DNA of 64,000 nucleotides from Eledone cirrhosa. Taxonomy: Eukaryota. The notes beneath the pieces were generated by a model. That model did no database searches. It was not told where the DNA came from and was given only the letters and a program-made list of their open reading frames with translations. A program made the position numbers and the translations under genes. Below, one piece after another: positions 1 through 22,517 of this stretch (the stretch's first letter is position 1; every line of letters begins with the position of its first letter). The stretch covers positions 70,804,001 through 70,868,000 of the forward strand of contig OZ024743.1 of assembly GCA_964016885.1 (NCBI GenBank), given 5' to 3'.

Positions 1-235
1 TGCCTTCTATTCATCTGCTTCATTGGTTAATCAACATTCCACTATTGTTTATATAATAATAAACTCTTCTGCACTAACATCATATGGATGGATGGCTGGA
101 TGGTTAGATGGCTGGCTGGCTGGCTGGTTGGTTGTCTTATATGTGGTTCACCAGACTTGTTAGATAACAGCTGCTGCTTTACACATTCAATAAATTATCA
201 CACACTACCCCCCATCCTCTCTGTCTCTGTACACA

Positions 236-304
<69 letters not shown>

Positions 305-469
305 GCAGCGTATAGAGATACATATATGGATCTTTCTCTCTCATTGTCACTTCGTCTCATCCCCCCTCATGAATATTAGCTTTAATCAAGTTTCAATGAT
401 TCTGTTTTGTATAATTTCCTTAGTCATGAAGTTTAAATTGATTGTTTTAGTCATTTTATTTTGTATAGG

Positions 470-1065
470 AGCTGAATTGAGAGATCGCAGCTTTGATGCT
501 ATGGCATGTAGTTAGAATGTCTCAGGAAAGAATCACTGGACAGATTTGTAGCTCGGAGATCAGAGAGTCACTTCGGGTAGAGGTGCTTCTTCTCCGAATT
601 AAGAGATCACAGCTTTGATTCTATAGGAATGTGGTTAGAATACCACATAAAAGAATCACTGGGCAGATTCATAGCTCAGAGATCAGTGTGTTACTCCAGG
701 TAGACCCACTACTTCTCCGAACTGAGAGATCACAGCTCCAATACTATGGGCATGTGGTTAGAATGCCCCAAAAATGAATCTCGGAATTGAAAAATCGCAG
801 CTCTGATACTATGGGCATGTGGTTAGAATGTATCAGGAAAGAATCGCTGGACAGATTTTACAGGCAAAACCAACTGACAGGAGAGACAGGGGTAGACTCC
901 GAACAAAATGGTTGGATAATATCCATGAGCTTGGCTGGTCTCGCTTGGGGATCCAGCCGGATCAGTTGGAAAACGTTTTCTTGTGACAGGATCGGCTGGA
1001 AGGAGTGTTTGAGGACTCTGCCGCCATGACACTCTCAGGAATAAATGAGCGAAGAAGAAAAGTAT
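470..1065 (+). mobile_element. Decayed RTE-clade LINE 3' end with about 4 tandem copies of an RT C-terminal segment
   Basis: Translates with stops and frameshifts to the RTE thumb/C-terminal pattern SSEIRESLRVEVLLLRI..SQL..Y.HVVRMSQER, repeated about every 125 bp, then QAKPTDRRDRGRLRTKWLDNI...WKECLRTLPP. The same 3' end recurs at ~1895-1950 and ~49180-49300. Confidence 0.8.
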
Positions 1066-1103
1066 AATTTTTAGTGTCATGTAGCTTAATCGAGCTTAGT
1101 GGT

Positions 1104-1280
1104 TTGGCAGTATCGGTAGAGCGTCAGACACCATGTTTTGCAGCATAGTTATGGCCCTTTGCGTTCTGAGTTCAAATCCGCCGAGGTTAACTTTGCCTTT
1201 CATCCTTACGAGGTCGATAAAATAAAGTACCAGTGGTGCATTGGGGTAATCGCTGGCCTTGTGCCAAAAGTAGAAACAAT
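1104..1280 (+). mobile_element. SINE family A (tRNA-derived, ~180 bp)
   Basis: A-box-like TGGCAGTATCGGT, B-box GAGTTCAAATCC, core CTTTGCCTTTCATCCTTACGRGGTCGATAAAATAAAGTACCAG, tail GCTGGCCTTGTGCCAAAAGTAGAAACAAT. More than 10 copies in the window. Confidence 0.9.
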
Positions 1281-1655
1281 ATTTTCAAATATACCTCTGC
1301 CAAAACAGCCCCTATTATTTCAAACATATATCTTGGACTGCATTATCCCATGTGCAGTTTATTATACGAGATATAGTAGGGTGTGATTTCAAGATTTCGT
1401 TGTTATGTCAATAAGGTCGGAGAAACACTTAGAAGTGTCTTATAGTTGTTGGTAGTGGATTCAACTAGTAAAAATGAGTTGTCTTGTCAACCTTGCTACA
1501 CACACTGTCGAGCTGAATCTCCCTAAGAATTATATTAGGAATACACATCTCTGTAGAATGCTTATCAACCACTTGTACAGTAATTCCACCAATAGGTTGT
1601 TCCGTTGATCAAATGATTGGAACCGACGGAGGCCCACCATATAATACTACCTTAC

Positions 1656-1820
1656 CGTTGTGCTTTGCCGCAGTTTTCGTCTGATCATATTGCAACGTTT
1701 GTTGTTTTGCTTCTTGTAGAAATATATGTTTTATTGGCCAGACGGTCCATCTGTTGTCCAAACCCTTTGTGAAGAGGGATCGGTCTGCGGTATCTGAAGA
1801 TGTGCTGACATGGCTTGAAG
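1656..1820 (-). CDS. Candidate internal exon of an unidentified host gene
   Basis: Non-repetitive 165-nt segment bounded on the minus strand by GCTACAG| and G|GTAAG. Phase 1-1 frame is open (SSHVSTSSDTADRSLFTKGLDNRWTVWPIKHIFLQEAKQQTLQYDQTKTAAKHN). No recognisable domain and no partner exon identified. Confidence 0.25.
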
Positions 1821-3319
1821 CTGTAGCATATGCAAATTACAAAACAACCTGATCAGGATATTGTGACATTTTCGTATCTCACCCTATTTGAAGAAGTGTT
1901 TGAGGACTCTTCCCCCATGACCCCCTCAAGAATAAGTGGGCGAAGGGGAAGATCTGGCTAAGTATTCCACTAACACGTGCACTCTCAATGTAGTTTTCGG
2001 GTGAAGGGTTTCATTTAGAGTGGTACATTGTGTGAAAAGGCTGGCCCTCTGAATTACAAATAGAACTCCCTTTTTTTTAGTTGAGTGGACTGAAGGAACA
2101 TGAAATAACGTTTCTTGCTCAAAGACAAAATACGCTGCCCTTTCCGAGAATCGAACTCGCGCCTTTACGATCTAAAACAGAACATCTTAACCAGGAAGCG
2201 AAGTGTCTTCATACTGGAGTACTCCGTGTTTGTCCTCCACTTTATAACCATTGGTCAGATATGATGTAGTCGATCTAAGATAAAATGCGTTCCAGTCATG
2301 ATAATCCCGTTTAGGTTTTATAAACGTATCTAGGATTAGATTGGCTCCTGTGTATGTGTGTTTGTATTGGGGTCCGTGTCAACGCTTTTTTAGCTGTGAA
2401 TGTATATAATAAAGTATGTGCGCGTAGTCGTATATAATAGCTGTGTGGTGTGTATGTATGTAGTCCTGCAGGACTAAAAACAAAACCTGTCAAAGGGCAA
2501 AGGAGCTCTTAAGAGTCAATGGCCATCCAAAATCACCGGGAGAGATGACCCCTTAGCCTTTGTCAAGGCAGAATTCTAGGAGAAGGAAAACTCTGATATA
2601 ACACCTGCAACCCTGATGGTATCCAATGATGTTGACTTGTTCTTCTTTTTGGTAAATATCATCTTGGTTAAGAGAGTGGGACTGGCTTTGTGCAGTGCCT
2701 TTGCTCACTATAAAATCTTCACGGCACAGGCATTGCTTTATATCTGGAGATCTCTCTGCACTTGTCGTCATATGATACCATGGGCCCAGCACTATCTGTC
2801 AATAATTGTCACAAGTGTAGTGTTTGTACCAGAGTTTTCAAGTCGCTGGCTGGACTAAAAAGTTACACTCGTTCAGCGCATCGGTAGGGGTTCTCTTACA
2901 TGGATATAAAGTAGTGGCCGTACTCGAAAACGAGTTGGCAGCCACCATATGTACTTATATACTTGAAGCACTGACATCGTTTGATATGTGACATTTTCTG
3001 CAATGCATGGCATTGCTGGCCATAGGCAAGTCCCTGACAGGATTAAACAGCCAAGTCCGTGATGTTCATGCTTATGCATCAAGTAATGGTATTACTCGAA
3101 ATAGAGTTGCAGACATCATATATATTTATACTCACACACACACACACACACACACAGATTTGTGTGTGTGTATGTGTAATACAATCCCCATTGTGTCTGT
3201 TCCTGTTATGACAGCAGATACAATAAATGCTCACCAATTGGCTTTCATCGACCTTTTTCTTCTTTTTATTTTTAAAAATAAAACATTTATGTATAATTCA
3301 ACACCACCACCACCACCAC

Positions 3320-3367
<48 letters not shown>

Positions 3368-4084
3368 TAATACCACTACTACTACTACTACCACTACTAC
3401 TACTTTTACAACCTGTTTCCTAGTACTTGCACTATATATTCTAGTGTGTGTGTGTGTGTTTTGACTAGTGAAAAAGCTACGGGTTATGAGTCATTTCTTT
3501 ACGAATGTACATAGTACACCTGTTTAACATACTGCACCGTATGTCCATACCCTAACAGATGGTGGTGTTGTAGGGGTGGTGGTGTTGGTGGTGTTGTAGG
3601 GGGTGGAAGGTGGTGGTGATGTAGGGGGAGGGGGGGTTTGAAGGCGGATATATTGAATCACCATCAAACAATATCTACATACTTATACATATGGACACAG
3701 ACAGCATGGTCGAATGGTTAAGTTGCTCGCTTTGTATTTATAACGGCTTAAGTACGACCCCACCGCCTGACACCTTGAGCAAGGGTCATTTACCGTAGAT
3801 TCAAGCCTTGTGATTGACATTGGGTGAAGGGAAACTGTTGTTAAGAAGCCAGTCGGAAGAACTACCTGTAATTCAAAGGACCAACTTCTCTCTCTCTCTC
3901 GCGCGCGCGACGGGGTTCTGTACACTTTCTGTCTACCAGAATTTCACTCACAAGACATTGTTCAAACTCGACACTATAATAGAATACACTTGCCCAAGGT
4001 TGGGACTACTGAACCAGAAGCTACGTGGATGCGAAGCGAACTCCTTAATCGCACACCAGTTTCGGTGGGCGTTTGGTTTATGTG

Positions 4085-4142
<58 letters not shown>

Positions 4143-4263
4143 TCCCCCTCACACCCTCGGAACTCTTTTCCTTCCCAGGGCTTATGCCGAAGCGTCGTCC
4201 CCCACCCTCAAGCGTGAACCTAATACCTTTGTACTGCACTCTTCGTTATTGTTTTTTGTTTTA

Positions 4264-4309
<46 letters not shown>

Positions 4310-4425
4310 ATGGAAAAACACAGTTAATAAAAAGGTTCTCAATACGTTAGTGGAGAACGAACGGAGTATTTATTTTATATTGAAATGGTCTCTACACGAC
4401 TACTTTCAGACCTTGATAACTTCAT

Positions 4426-4485
4426 CTGGATGGCTATTTCAGTCCAAATAGCTGTCGAAACGGCTTGAGCTCTGCCGTCGGGATT
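4426..4485 (+). ncRNA. Hammerhead ribozyme 3' half (GGC-stem family)
   Basis: Part of stem II (..AAATAGCTGTC), then GAAAC GGC ttgagctct GCC GTC. No CUGAUGA box. Matches the copies at ~22590, ~47230 and ~60280. Confidence 0.55.
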
Positions 4486-5010
4486 AAACATTCTCATATT
4501 ACCAAAAGCATCCAGCCTTCACTGCATTGTGGTGTTGGTGGTGGTGGTATCTTAGAAATCAAGTTAAAAAATGGAGCGCAAGACGCCTGATATGACAAAA
4601 GTTTAACCCATGCAAGCATATAAAACAAACGTTGAATGGTGATGATGATACATGGCTGAGTCAGCGACAGAAGGTGACTATTTGTCTACAGGTATATACT
4701 CATCCACACATACATACAGATATGATGAATGACTTGTTAAAACACATGGAGACACTCCTCTGCTGTTTCACTATTTTACGAGTGAAGTCACAAGCAGGTT
4801 ATTCACGTGGACTTAAGTTAGTTGTATTACTACTGCTGGTGACTATTCTCTCAATTTGTTTTTGACTGCAGGTATAACGAGTATATTATCATACTAATAT
4901 ATTCACATACACAGGTGTAAAACATGCCAGACAGCGCGTTGTGTTCTTGAGCAAGACATTTCATCCTGCCTTGCTTTTCTTGACAGGTCATTCAAACGAT
5001 CTGCCAAATA

Positions 5011-5347
5011 ATAATTGTTTCTATTTTTGGCACAAGGCCAGCAATTACCCAATACATTACTGATATTTTATTTTATCGACCCCGTAAGGATGAAAGGCAA
5101 AGTAAACCTCGGCGGGATCTGAACTCAGAATGGCAAGGGCCGTTTCTGATTGAAGCACAAGGCCAGCAATTTTGAAGGATGGGAAAGTCGATTAAATCGA
5201 ACTCAGTTCGTTACTGCTACTTTATTTTATCGATCCTGTAACGATGAAAGGCAAAGCTAACCTCAACGGGATTTGAACTCAAAACGTAAAGGGCCACAAC
5301 TCTGTGCTGCAAAGCATGTTATCTGACGCTCTACCGATACTGCCAAA
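5011..5347 (-). mobile_element. Two adjacent SINE family A-type copies
   Basis: Reverse complement of the family A core at 5011-5141 and 5150-5347. Confidence 0.85.
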
Positions 5348-6489
5348 CCAAATAATAATAATAATTTTTTTTATTTGCAAACGAGCATCGGATGGGGGAA
5401 ACATTACAAAGACAAGCTGCAACATTAAGATGGGGGAGGTTATATAGAAATGAGAAACATGTATACAAAGTATACGATATTATATGAAACATTCAGTCCT
5501 CCTGTTATAGAGAGCTGGATATCCAAGACTAATTTAGAAACCCCACAGATCGATAAACTTCTTGACCACCAAGGACGAGTATCCTCTCCCAACGATTGTT
5601 GTTCGATCTATAGGCACGATGACTGGGGACACCATCATTAAAACACCCGAGAAATCTCTGAGTGATGTAATCTTGTAGGAAACCAGCTAAACCTACATAG
5701 GTGTGAGACGTAGCCTTTTGTTTTTTTCATGCAATGACAACCAAGCCTGCACACACGTAAATACACACTTATATACTTACTCCCATACATACACATTTAC
5801 ATACAAAGAAAGTGGCAAACAGACAGATATACACAACTACCTCGTTGTTATTGTCTAAATTTCAATGAAGGGACCTGGTTTCTGGCTTATAAACTGGTTT
5901 TTTCTCTGATGGTGAGAAATTAAAATAAAACACTTAAAACACACAAACACATATATATCTTTATTCATAAGTAACAGACTGACTCAGCCATTTCTATTCT
6001 ATGTCATACATATATCCAAGGACTCGTAACTTCTGATGGAATCCGCAGTAACGCCATCCTGACATTCGGCGGGGTTTTTTTGGGGGGGGGCATTTTATAT
6101 CTGATGGAAGAGTGGTACATTGGTAAAACCGTTAATGTGTCGGACAAAATACTTTGTGGCATTTGTTCCATCCGATTCTTCACATTCTGAGTTCAAATCC
6201 TGCTAAGGTCAACTTTATAATTCCTCCTCCAAGGAGGAGGTGGTGGGGATGAGTATCAATGAAATAAAGTACCAGTGATATAAACGACTTTCCTCTCCCT
6301 ACCCTAAAATTTGTTGGCCTTGTACCTAAATTAGATAATAGTATTAATTTTACAAACTGCTTTCAAGCATTTAGTTATGGCCTTATACGTTCAAATCCTG
6401 CCTTTCACCTCTCTAGAGTTGATAAAATAAAGTACCATCAAATATTTAGTATTGGACTGTTACTTCTGTTACTATATTTCTTGACCTCG

Positions 6490-7030
6490 AAAGGATGAAA
6501 GGCAAAGTTGACCAAGACAAGATTTTAACTCAGGAAGCTGGAACGAATACCGCAAAGCATTCTATGCGCCATCATGACATACAATATGTGTTTGGTGTTT
6601 CAAACCTGGCGGAGCCCATTGTTCTCCTGTTCAGTACGCAGCCGATTTCTCCCAGAAAAATGGAGTGTAAAGGAGGCAGGGAAGAATCGACCCTAGTATT
6701 TGATTGGTTGGTACTTTATTTATCGACTTCAAAAGGATGAAAGGCAAAGTTGATGTCGACGATATTAGAACTGAGAGCAGAGAGTCGGAACGAATATCGC
6801 TGTAACATACAAAATGTGTTGGGTATTTTAAACCCGGCAGAACCCATCTTTCTCTCCCGAGACCTACACAGCCGATTTCTTCCAGAGAAATGGAGAGGGA
6901 GTGAGGGAGGAAGGAATATTTTACCCTAGTATTTGACTGGTACTTTTTTATTGACTTCAAAAGGATGAAAGAACGTTGAAGTCGCCGGTATTTGATCTGA
7001 AGAGCGCAGAAAGCTGGAACGAAAACCACA
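6490..7030. repeat. Degenerate tandem repeat of a ~230-240-bp unit containing SINE A-like sequence
   Basis: AAGGATGAAAG recurs at ~6492, ~6733 and ~6961. The intervening ACATACAA..TGTGTT..GCCGATTTCT..AGAAATGGAG..ACCCTAGTATTTGA block is present twice. Confidence 0.7.
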
Positions 7031-9360
7031 TAGCGACTGCCAATTCTAGTTATTATATATTCTGTTTAAACCCTATCTTAGGCCAAAAATACATCGAATA
7101 TTAACTGACCAGGGCAATTATTGATATTTATTGGCACATTCGCATCGTTGAAGGCGGGGTCTTTGGGTTCGTGTGGAATTTCGTTTTGTCTCACTTTGAA
7201 GTAGTCCTGCTTAATTATGAGAGCTTGTGAGTCCTACTTCTGACTGATCTTTCTAAATTGTAATGTGGCCTCTCACATTATGTCGTTCGCTTTCTTTATT
7301 CCTTCATTACACACACACACACATGTATATATACATGTATGTGTCTGTGTGTATATATATGTGTCTGTGTGTGTATATGTATGTGTCTGTATGTATATAT
7401 ATATGTGTGTGTATATAATCAATAATAGTGATGCTGGTGATGTCCATATGTTATTGCCAACATTTGATCAACCAAGTCAAAATAAGCAACACTTTTCTTA
7501 CAAGTCTTACAATCTCTCTCTCATGTCTGACAGTACTCTTTCTCTCAAGTATCACATGCACACACACACACACTCTCTCTCTCAAGCATCACACACACCC
7601 TCTGTGTCTCTCATTCCTGGCTCTGTTGGCGAATAAGCCCTGCTGTACTGATTGACAGCAACAGATGTATGCATATCTAATAAAGTAACCTTTAGTCCAA
7701 TCCATCCGCCCACATTTACTTGGGACACCCACTTGTATCTCCTATGCTGATGGATGAGTCCTGCAGTGCGCAATGACAGATGGATGACAGCTACCCCGAG
7801 CCCCCATCCTGATTTAAAGACACTTCAAACAAGAACTACAACTCACCATCTGTTTTTAGCGATGGCAGTAGTGAGGATGCTGTTGTGGTTGGTGGTGGTC
7901 GTGTCAGTGGTGGTGGATCCAGCGAGGTTTCTCCTAATCCCTAGCTTAATAGATAGATAGATAGATAGATATATCGATAAATAGACAAAGAGGTAGGGGT
8001 GAGAGGCAAAGGCAGTGTGACCTAATCATTTGCTGTTATTTCAGCTCGCACTTATCTCCGTGTTGTGCAGGCATGGATGTTATTGAATGAAAGAATTATA
8101 TATATAACACCTATGTAGGTTTAGCTGGTCTCTTATGAGGTTACATCTCATAGATGTTTCCTCGGGTGTTTTAATGATAGGGACCCCAGTCCTGTCATGA
8201 AACTCAGTGTGAAATGAAGCATGTATCAATTTCAATGGTGATATTAGAATGATGAGAATAGGAGAGGCGAAGGGAAGGAGTTGGGAAGTTAAATGATAAA
8301 CAGAAAGAAAGGAAGAAAGGAAATAAAGTGATGGATTAAAAGAACAGTGGGAGATAGAAATGGGGGGGGGGGTGAAAGATTGAAAGAACAATTGGGGAGG
8401 GGTAGAAAATAATGTGGTGGGTTAAAAGAAGAGAGAAAGAGAGAACAAGTAGACACAGAAATTTAATAGAAAATAAAATGAACGAGCGAGAATGAGAATA
8501 AGGGGAGCGGGAAGGTGTGTGAGAGAGAGAGTGTAGTTTTATGATGTGACAAAGAACATAACGCATTGCTTGGGTTGTGAATCGATCTTACGACCTTACG
8601 ATTGTGAATCGGTCACCGTAAACAGCCCACGCACCTTCATTAATCATTAGCAAAAAACGAAGTACTCCGCCGCTGACATACACGTGTCATTAGGAGGCTT
8701 CAGGATGGGTGCCCTTGTGTGAAAGAGGGCTCCACCGACATACACTTGTCATACCAGGAGAGGGGGTTCAGTGTGGTGCCCTTCTGTGAAGGAAATAGGG
8801 AACTATGAGAGAGACCCCCAATACTGGACCCACCACATAGTCTTGTGTGTGATCTCTCTAGGTTGAGCAATGACAGATGTCTTAAGATTAACATATGGAG
8901 AGAGAGAGAGAGTGTGTGTGTAACTTTATATTTAACTTGTACACAAGCGGCCCATAACGGTACGAAAGCCTGTGTGCATATGTATGTCTTTGAGAATGTG
9001 TGCATGTAGGTGAGGGCATCGTTGATAAATCAGTGGAACAAAGAAAAATACCTTGTGGTATTTGATCCACTGACTTTGCCATCGATAAATCTAAACAGTT
9101 CAATAAAAAAAATCGATAAGTATCAGACTTAAAAAAAAAAAAGTAGTGAGATCGATATGATCGACCGAAAAAGAAAAGCATTGAAAAATTATTCCATGGC
9201 CACAAAAAAAAAAAAATAGCGAGAGGGGGAGAATCGATCCTAGACTGGAAATTTTTTTTTTATCGCCCTAGAAAGTATGAAAGGTTAATCAGACTTAACA
9301 GGATTCAAACACTGAGTATGCAAAGAGACGAAACGAATGTCTGTAGCCTATTGTATAATA

Positions 9361-9630
9361 ATTGTTTCAACTTTTGGGAACAAGGCCAGCAATTATTTCA
9401 GTGAATTACTGGTACTTTATTTTATCGACCCCGTAAGGATGAAAGGCAAAGTTAACCTCGGCGGGATTTGAACTCAGACGGTAAATGGACGTAACTATAC
9501 TGGAAAGCATGGCGTCCGACTCTCTACCGATACTGCCATAATAATTGTTTCTACTTTTGGCCCAAGGCCATCAATTATTCCAGTGTATTACTGGTACTTT
9601 ATTTTATCGACCCTCTACCAATACTGCCAA
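9361..9630 (-). mobile_element. SINE family A, full copy plus an internally deleted copy
   Basis: Full reverse-complement copy at 9361-9538. A second tail and core piece is fused to a head fragment at 9541-9630. Confidence 0.85.
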
Positions 9631-10449
9631 TCCACCGCTTACTGCCTTCTGCCATAATAATAATAATAATTAAAATTCAAACGTAAAATCGTATTTCAAT
9701 CTTAGCTGGATCTCTTCAAAATGTTGCTGGGTTTTAAGATGATAAATGATGGCTGCCAAGAAAGTGTCAATGAGATAATATATTAGATGTAGTAGGAAAA
9801 GTCTGAATGGTTGTGACGAAGCAGATATCTATCTATCTGAGGGTTGCACATTTTTTTCGGTGGTATGTGTTACCCATATGTAATGTCTCCCCTATTGGGG
9901 AAAATCGATTAATTTTAAAATTGCATTTGTGATAGTATTTTACACGTTTTTATTGTATGTAAACTTCCCCCTTTGTATTGTCCCCTTCTTTTGTGCCCCT
10001 GTGTGTGTATGTGTGTATATATATATATGGGAGAGATATGTCTGAACGAGTATCCTCCACTTCCAAATAATTTACTCTCCGCCTCTGAGTCCCGCCCGAC
10101 AGGATAGAGACTACATAACCACTGAGGACGACGAGGGAGATGCGCTGGAACAGTCACTCCACCTCGTGCGGTTCGCACCTGTGAGCGGTCTACTCAGCTT
10201 AATAAGAAACAAGATAGATAGGTTTTCAAAGCAGTTATTCGCCCCAGTCTCTCAAATAAAATGATTTCAACTTAAACTGACGAGCCTAGGTTTGACACTT
10301 TTTGCTCTTACCTCAATATGAAAAAAATTACTAAGTCTGAATTTTCTAAGACACAGTCCTCACTCACCTATGCCAAATCATTATAGATCATAACACTATA
10401 TAACTCAACCACTTGGGATATCTATATATACAATGCTCAACACCGCTGG

Positions 10450-10845
10450 TTACGCCCGTAAAATCTATCCACCGTTTCTTTCCTGAGACATTCTAACCAC
10501 ATGCCTATAGTACTGGAGCTGTGACTATCTGATCTCCGAGCTACGCACTATCAAGTAAAGTTACTCCAAAGACCCTTCGGAGTAACCCCATTTCGGCCGC
10601 TTGTGTTCGCGATCGTATTCTTTCGGTCGTTACCTAAAATTCATGGCCTTAGGTAAAGGTTGATACGAATGCCGAATTGAAGGCAACGAGTTTGGCTTTT
10701 ACACCTACCTCCCTTTTTCTGATTACCGAAAGCTGAACTGGTGCATTACTCTTCCTGCTCCTGCAATTTTTGCTATTAATTCAGACTCCTGCCTTCCATC
10801 ACACATGAACACGATCCCAAGATACTTGAAATTCTCCACTTACTC
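10450..10845 (-). mobile_element. RTE-clade LINE reverse transcriptase fragment (pseudogenised)
   Basis: Minus strand reads VENFKYLGIVFMCDGRQESELIAKIAGAGRVMHQ...KAKL..FNS.FV.T...GHE...RTQAAEMGLLRRVFGVTLLD, with stops and frameshifts. Confidence 0.85.
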
Positions 10846-11777
10846 AGTGGAACTCAATTCACATGTAGAGTGCACTTTCGAGAGGAGTTCTTTAAGGATT
10901 TATTTATTAATCACATAAAATGATTATATATTTATTTTAATTATTACAAATTTGATTATTAACTGTGATTCTCTAAGGTAGAATAATGCGCGTCTCTTGA
11001 GTGTGTGTCCTAGTTGTCCTTAATGGTCATGCCGACCCATGACAGATGTAATTCACTAAATTATGTTTGCAACCCGGAAAGACGTGAAAACAAAATCAGT
11101 AAATATTTGAATAAGCTGGATCTATTACATACAAATAAATATATGAGAATTTTATCACAGGCAGAACACACACACAGACACACAGACACACATTGGTAAA
11201 AGACACACAAACATGTACATACATTGACTCAAGACACGCATACATACATTGACAAAGGGCACACACATTCATTGACAAGAGAAACACACACATACACACT
11301 GCCAGAGCACATACATGCATTGACGAAAGACAAGCGCACACATACACAATGCCAAGGCACACACATACAGTTTCAAAAGACATACACACACTCAGCCAAA
11401 TGACATATACACATGCAAACATATCTATAGAAGCAGACATGGTATAGACATGAGACAAGGAGACAACATACATCTCGTTATTAGGAAGGAGGGGGGTAGA
11501 AGGGGAGAAGGACGAATGGTTCTTCAGCAGTTATTATTGCATGAGGGTAGTAGGGAGAGAGAGTGAGAGACAGACGGAAAGGATAACCTTGATTATAAGA
11601 GATGTTGACATAAATGCTGATGCTTGATGTGATGGTGACGACGATGATGATGATTGTAATATATATATAAAGGTGTTCCAGCCGACTAGCTGAGGCCATA
11701 CTAGAGCAACACCTTCATTTAGTCGACTCCTGTACACATTTTTTCGAGTCTACTTTTTTTATTATTAATTTGTTTAA

Positions 11778-20305
<8,528 letters not shown>

Positions 20306-20412
20306 CGAGAGAGAGAGAGACACACAAGCCGAAACCGCTTGGCACCGCGGCTGGGTTCATACCTACCACTCTCTCTCTTGCCCAAGATGCTGTTGCAGCA
20401 GGACTAAACACC

Positions 20413-20457
<45 letters not shown>

Positions 20458-20710
20458 AAATGTGCGAACTCCTTGGTACAGTTAGGAATCTTTAAAAATC
20501 TTCCCACCGAAGTTAACAAAACTTACTATTCATAATTGTTTCTACTTTAGGGCACAAGGCCAGCAATTATCCACTGCATTACTTGGTACTTTATTTTATC
20601 GACCCCGTAAGGACGAAAGGCAAAGTCAACCTCATAATATTATATAAAATGAAATCAAATTGTTTAGAACTACAAGTGAAGTCATTCCTTTTTTCAAGTA
20701 TAAATATATA

Positions 20711-20823
20711 TATATTACAAAAGAGTGGTGCGCAGAGGACAGAGAACGGTAAAATGAACAGTCCATATATATATTACAAAAGAGTGGTGCGCAGAGGACA
20801 GAGAACGGTAAAATGAACAGTCC
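20711..20823. repeat. 59-bp tandem duplication
   Basis: ATATTACAAAAGAGTGGTGCGCAGAGGACAGAGAACGGTAAAATGAACAGTCC at 20712 and 20771. Confidence 0.9.
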
Positions 20824-21495
20824 CATCTTCTCTGTGAAACCCTGGAAATCACTACAGTTTCGAAGCTTTAAGATTGACACTATTCATCCAGTTCACATCT
20901 GGACAAAATAAAACAGGTAGAAACAAGACAGGACAAGTTATAAATTTTGATGAATTACACAAATAAAGAAGAGAAAAGGAGAAAAGAAAAATACTATAAA
21001 CGAAAACACGTCAGCTGAAAAGGTAGAGAAAGGGGGAAGGAAGCGAGTGTACGAATGCTTAGCCAAAGGAGATAACAATATATAGAAGGGAGAGAAAAAT
21101 AGAAAGGAATAGGGACCATAAGTTCAGCACATAGAAGAGAAATGACAATAGGTGTATGAAGGGCAAATAAAGGAAGATAGACAGGGCGGTGTAACGTCTA
21201 TTAATGATGTTTAAAAAGAACCGCCTGGCTAAGGCTTTCGAATATGAATTTCAAAACAGTGGGGGCGCACAGGATAGACGTGTGTGTATAGCATTTTAAT
21301 AAATATGTGAATGCATTTTTGGGGACACCCTGTATATATATATAAGAAAAGGTTCAGGACCCCGACGGAAAAGCTCAAGCCGTTTCGACACTAATAAGTT
21401 AAATAGTGAGAAAAACGATATATTTATATATACAGAGTGAGCATAAAGTCTTTGAAACCACAAAACACATTGAGCTTTTCTACGATAGATATCAT

Positions 21496-21556
21496 TTTGT
21501 TGCTGAAGATAACAACTACTTCCTGTAGAAGAGATAATGTAAAACATGTTCAGAAA
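21496..21556 (+). ncRNA. Degenerate type I hammerhead-like motif
   Basis: ttg-CTGAAGA-(imperfect stem II CTTC/GAAG)-AAAA-CATG-TT-cag, with palindromic AACATGTT. The G of GAAA is missing. Confidence 0.35.
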
Positions 21557-21936
21557 CACTTGAAACTTTAAATTTATAAAATAAAACAATGAAGAAGTAA
21601 AATCTCAAATGGTCTCCGAGATATGACGCGCTCGAACTTAAGCTCTGTTTCCGCTGTGGTCTTGGATTTTCTTACCTTAAGTTGCTCGCACATTCCCTGG
21701 TTTGTTGGGTTTTTTTCGCTGTTTTCTCCTTTCTTCCTATTTCCCTGCTCCCTCCTCCGTTTACCTAGTTATTATTGTCTTTAAAGCGTTGAAATATCCG
21801 AAACCTCAAGTAGACAACTGATGAGCGCCCCCAACCACGTTCCTGCTTTCTTCTTATTCGCATTCCATTTTAAAGCTTAAATTAACTAGCAACTACACAG
21901 CCAATCCTATTCTCCATATATTTTATATATGTATAT

Positions 21937-22140
21937 ATTGTTATACTTGGGGAGGGTCATATTTGTGTAATATTGCCAAAATTAATAACAGAACACACTC
22001 ACTGTTTAGTTGGTTTTCGCTTTTCGCTTCTGTGTCTTTTATATCGGTTAATTTAATTTATTCGGTCCTCAATGTTGCCATTGACTGACCAACGGTCAAA
22101 AATACCGATACAATATAGACACAAACACATATATATAGTC
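21937..22140 (+). mobile_element. PLE-like non-coding repeat (GGGAGGGTCAT family)
   Basis: About 200 bp nearly identical to 35429-35636, starting TATTGTTATACTTGGGGAGGGTCAT. Confidence 0.75.
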
Positions 22141-22517
22141 TATCAAAGTTCTTTCGTTGCACATCTACAACATCGTCAGTGGTGCTATTGTTTCCTCCCG
22201 TTGCATTGTATGTCTACGCCATCTTTATTTAGTCTGTTTATATATTTATTTATTTGTTTATTTTTTTTGTCTTCTATGCGCATGCGTTTGCGTGTCTGTA
22301 TAGTGTTTTGTTTGATGTGTGTTCGTGTTTGGGTGACTGTGTATTGGTTAATGTATTCTATCTTTACTAGTATGTGTTTATGTGTTTGTTGTTATTGTGC
22401 TTGTGTATGTATTTATTCATTTATCTATTTATTTATTTATTTATACTTCTCTTAGGTCAGTGTTGTTTGTTTGGGTGTTGTTGTTATTCCTTTTATTTTT
22501 TCTGTTATATATATATA

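Noticed and set aside
4380-4430. Second, minus-strand hammerhead relic (CAGATGA..GAAA)
   Set aside because: Mutated core, weak stem II and no stem I.
7625-10200. GC-richer unique patches at ~7630-7810, ~8690-8880 and ~10040-10180 as exons
   Set aside because: No consistent acceptor, donor and frame, and no recognisable protein; they may be old transposon remnants.
10274-10310. CTGACGA-GCCTAGGT as a hammerhead
   Set aside because: GAAA is absent and stems I and III do not form.
21818-21885. CTGATGAGCGCCCCC as a hammerhead start, with a possible inverted relative near 21230-21272
   Set aside because: No GAAA or closing stems could be assigned.
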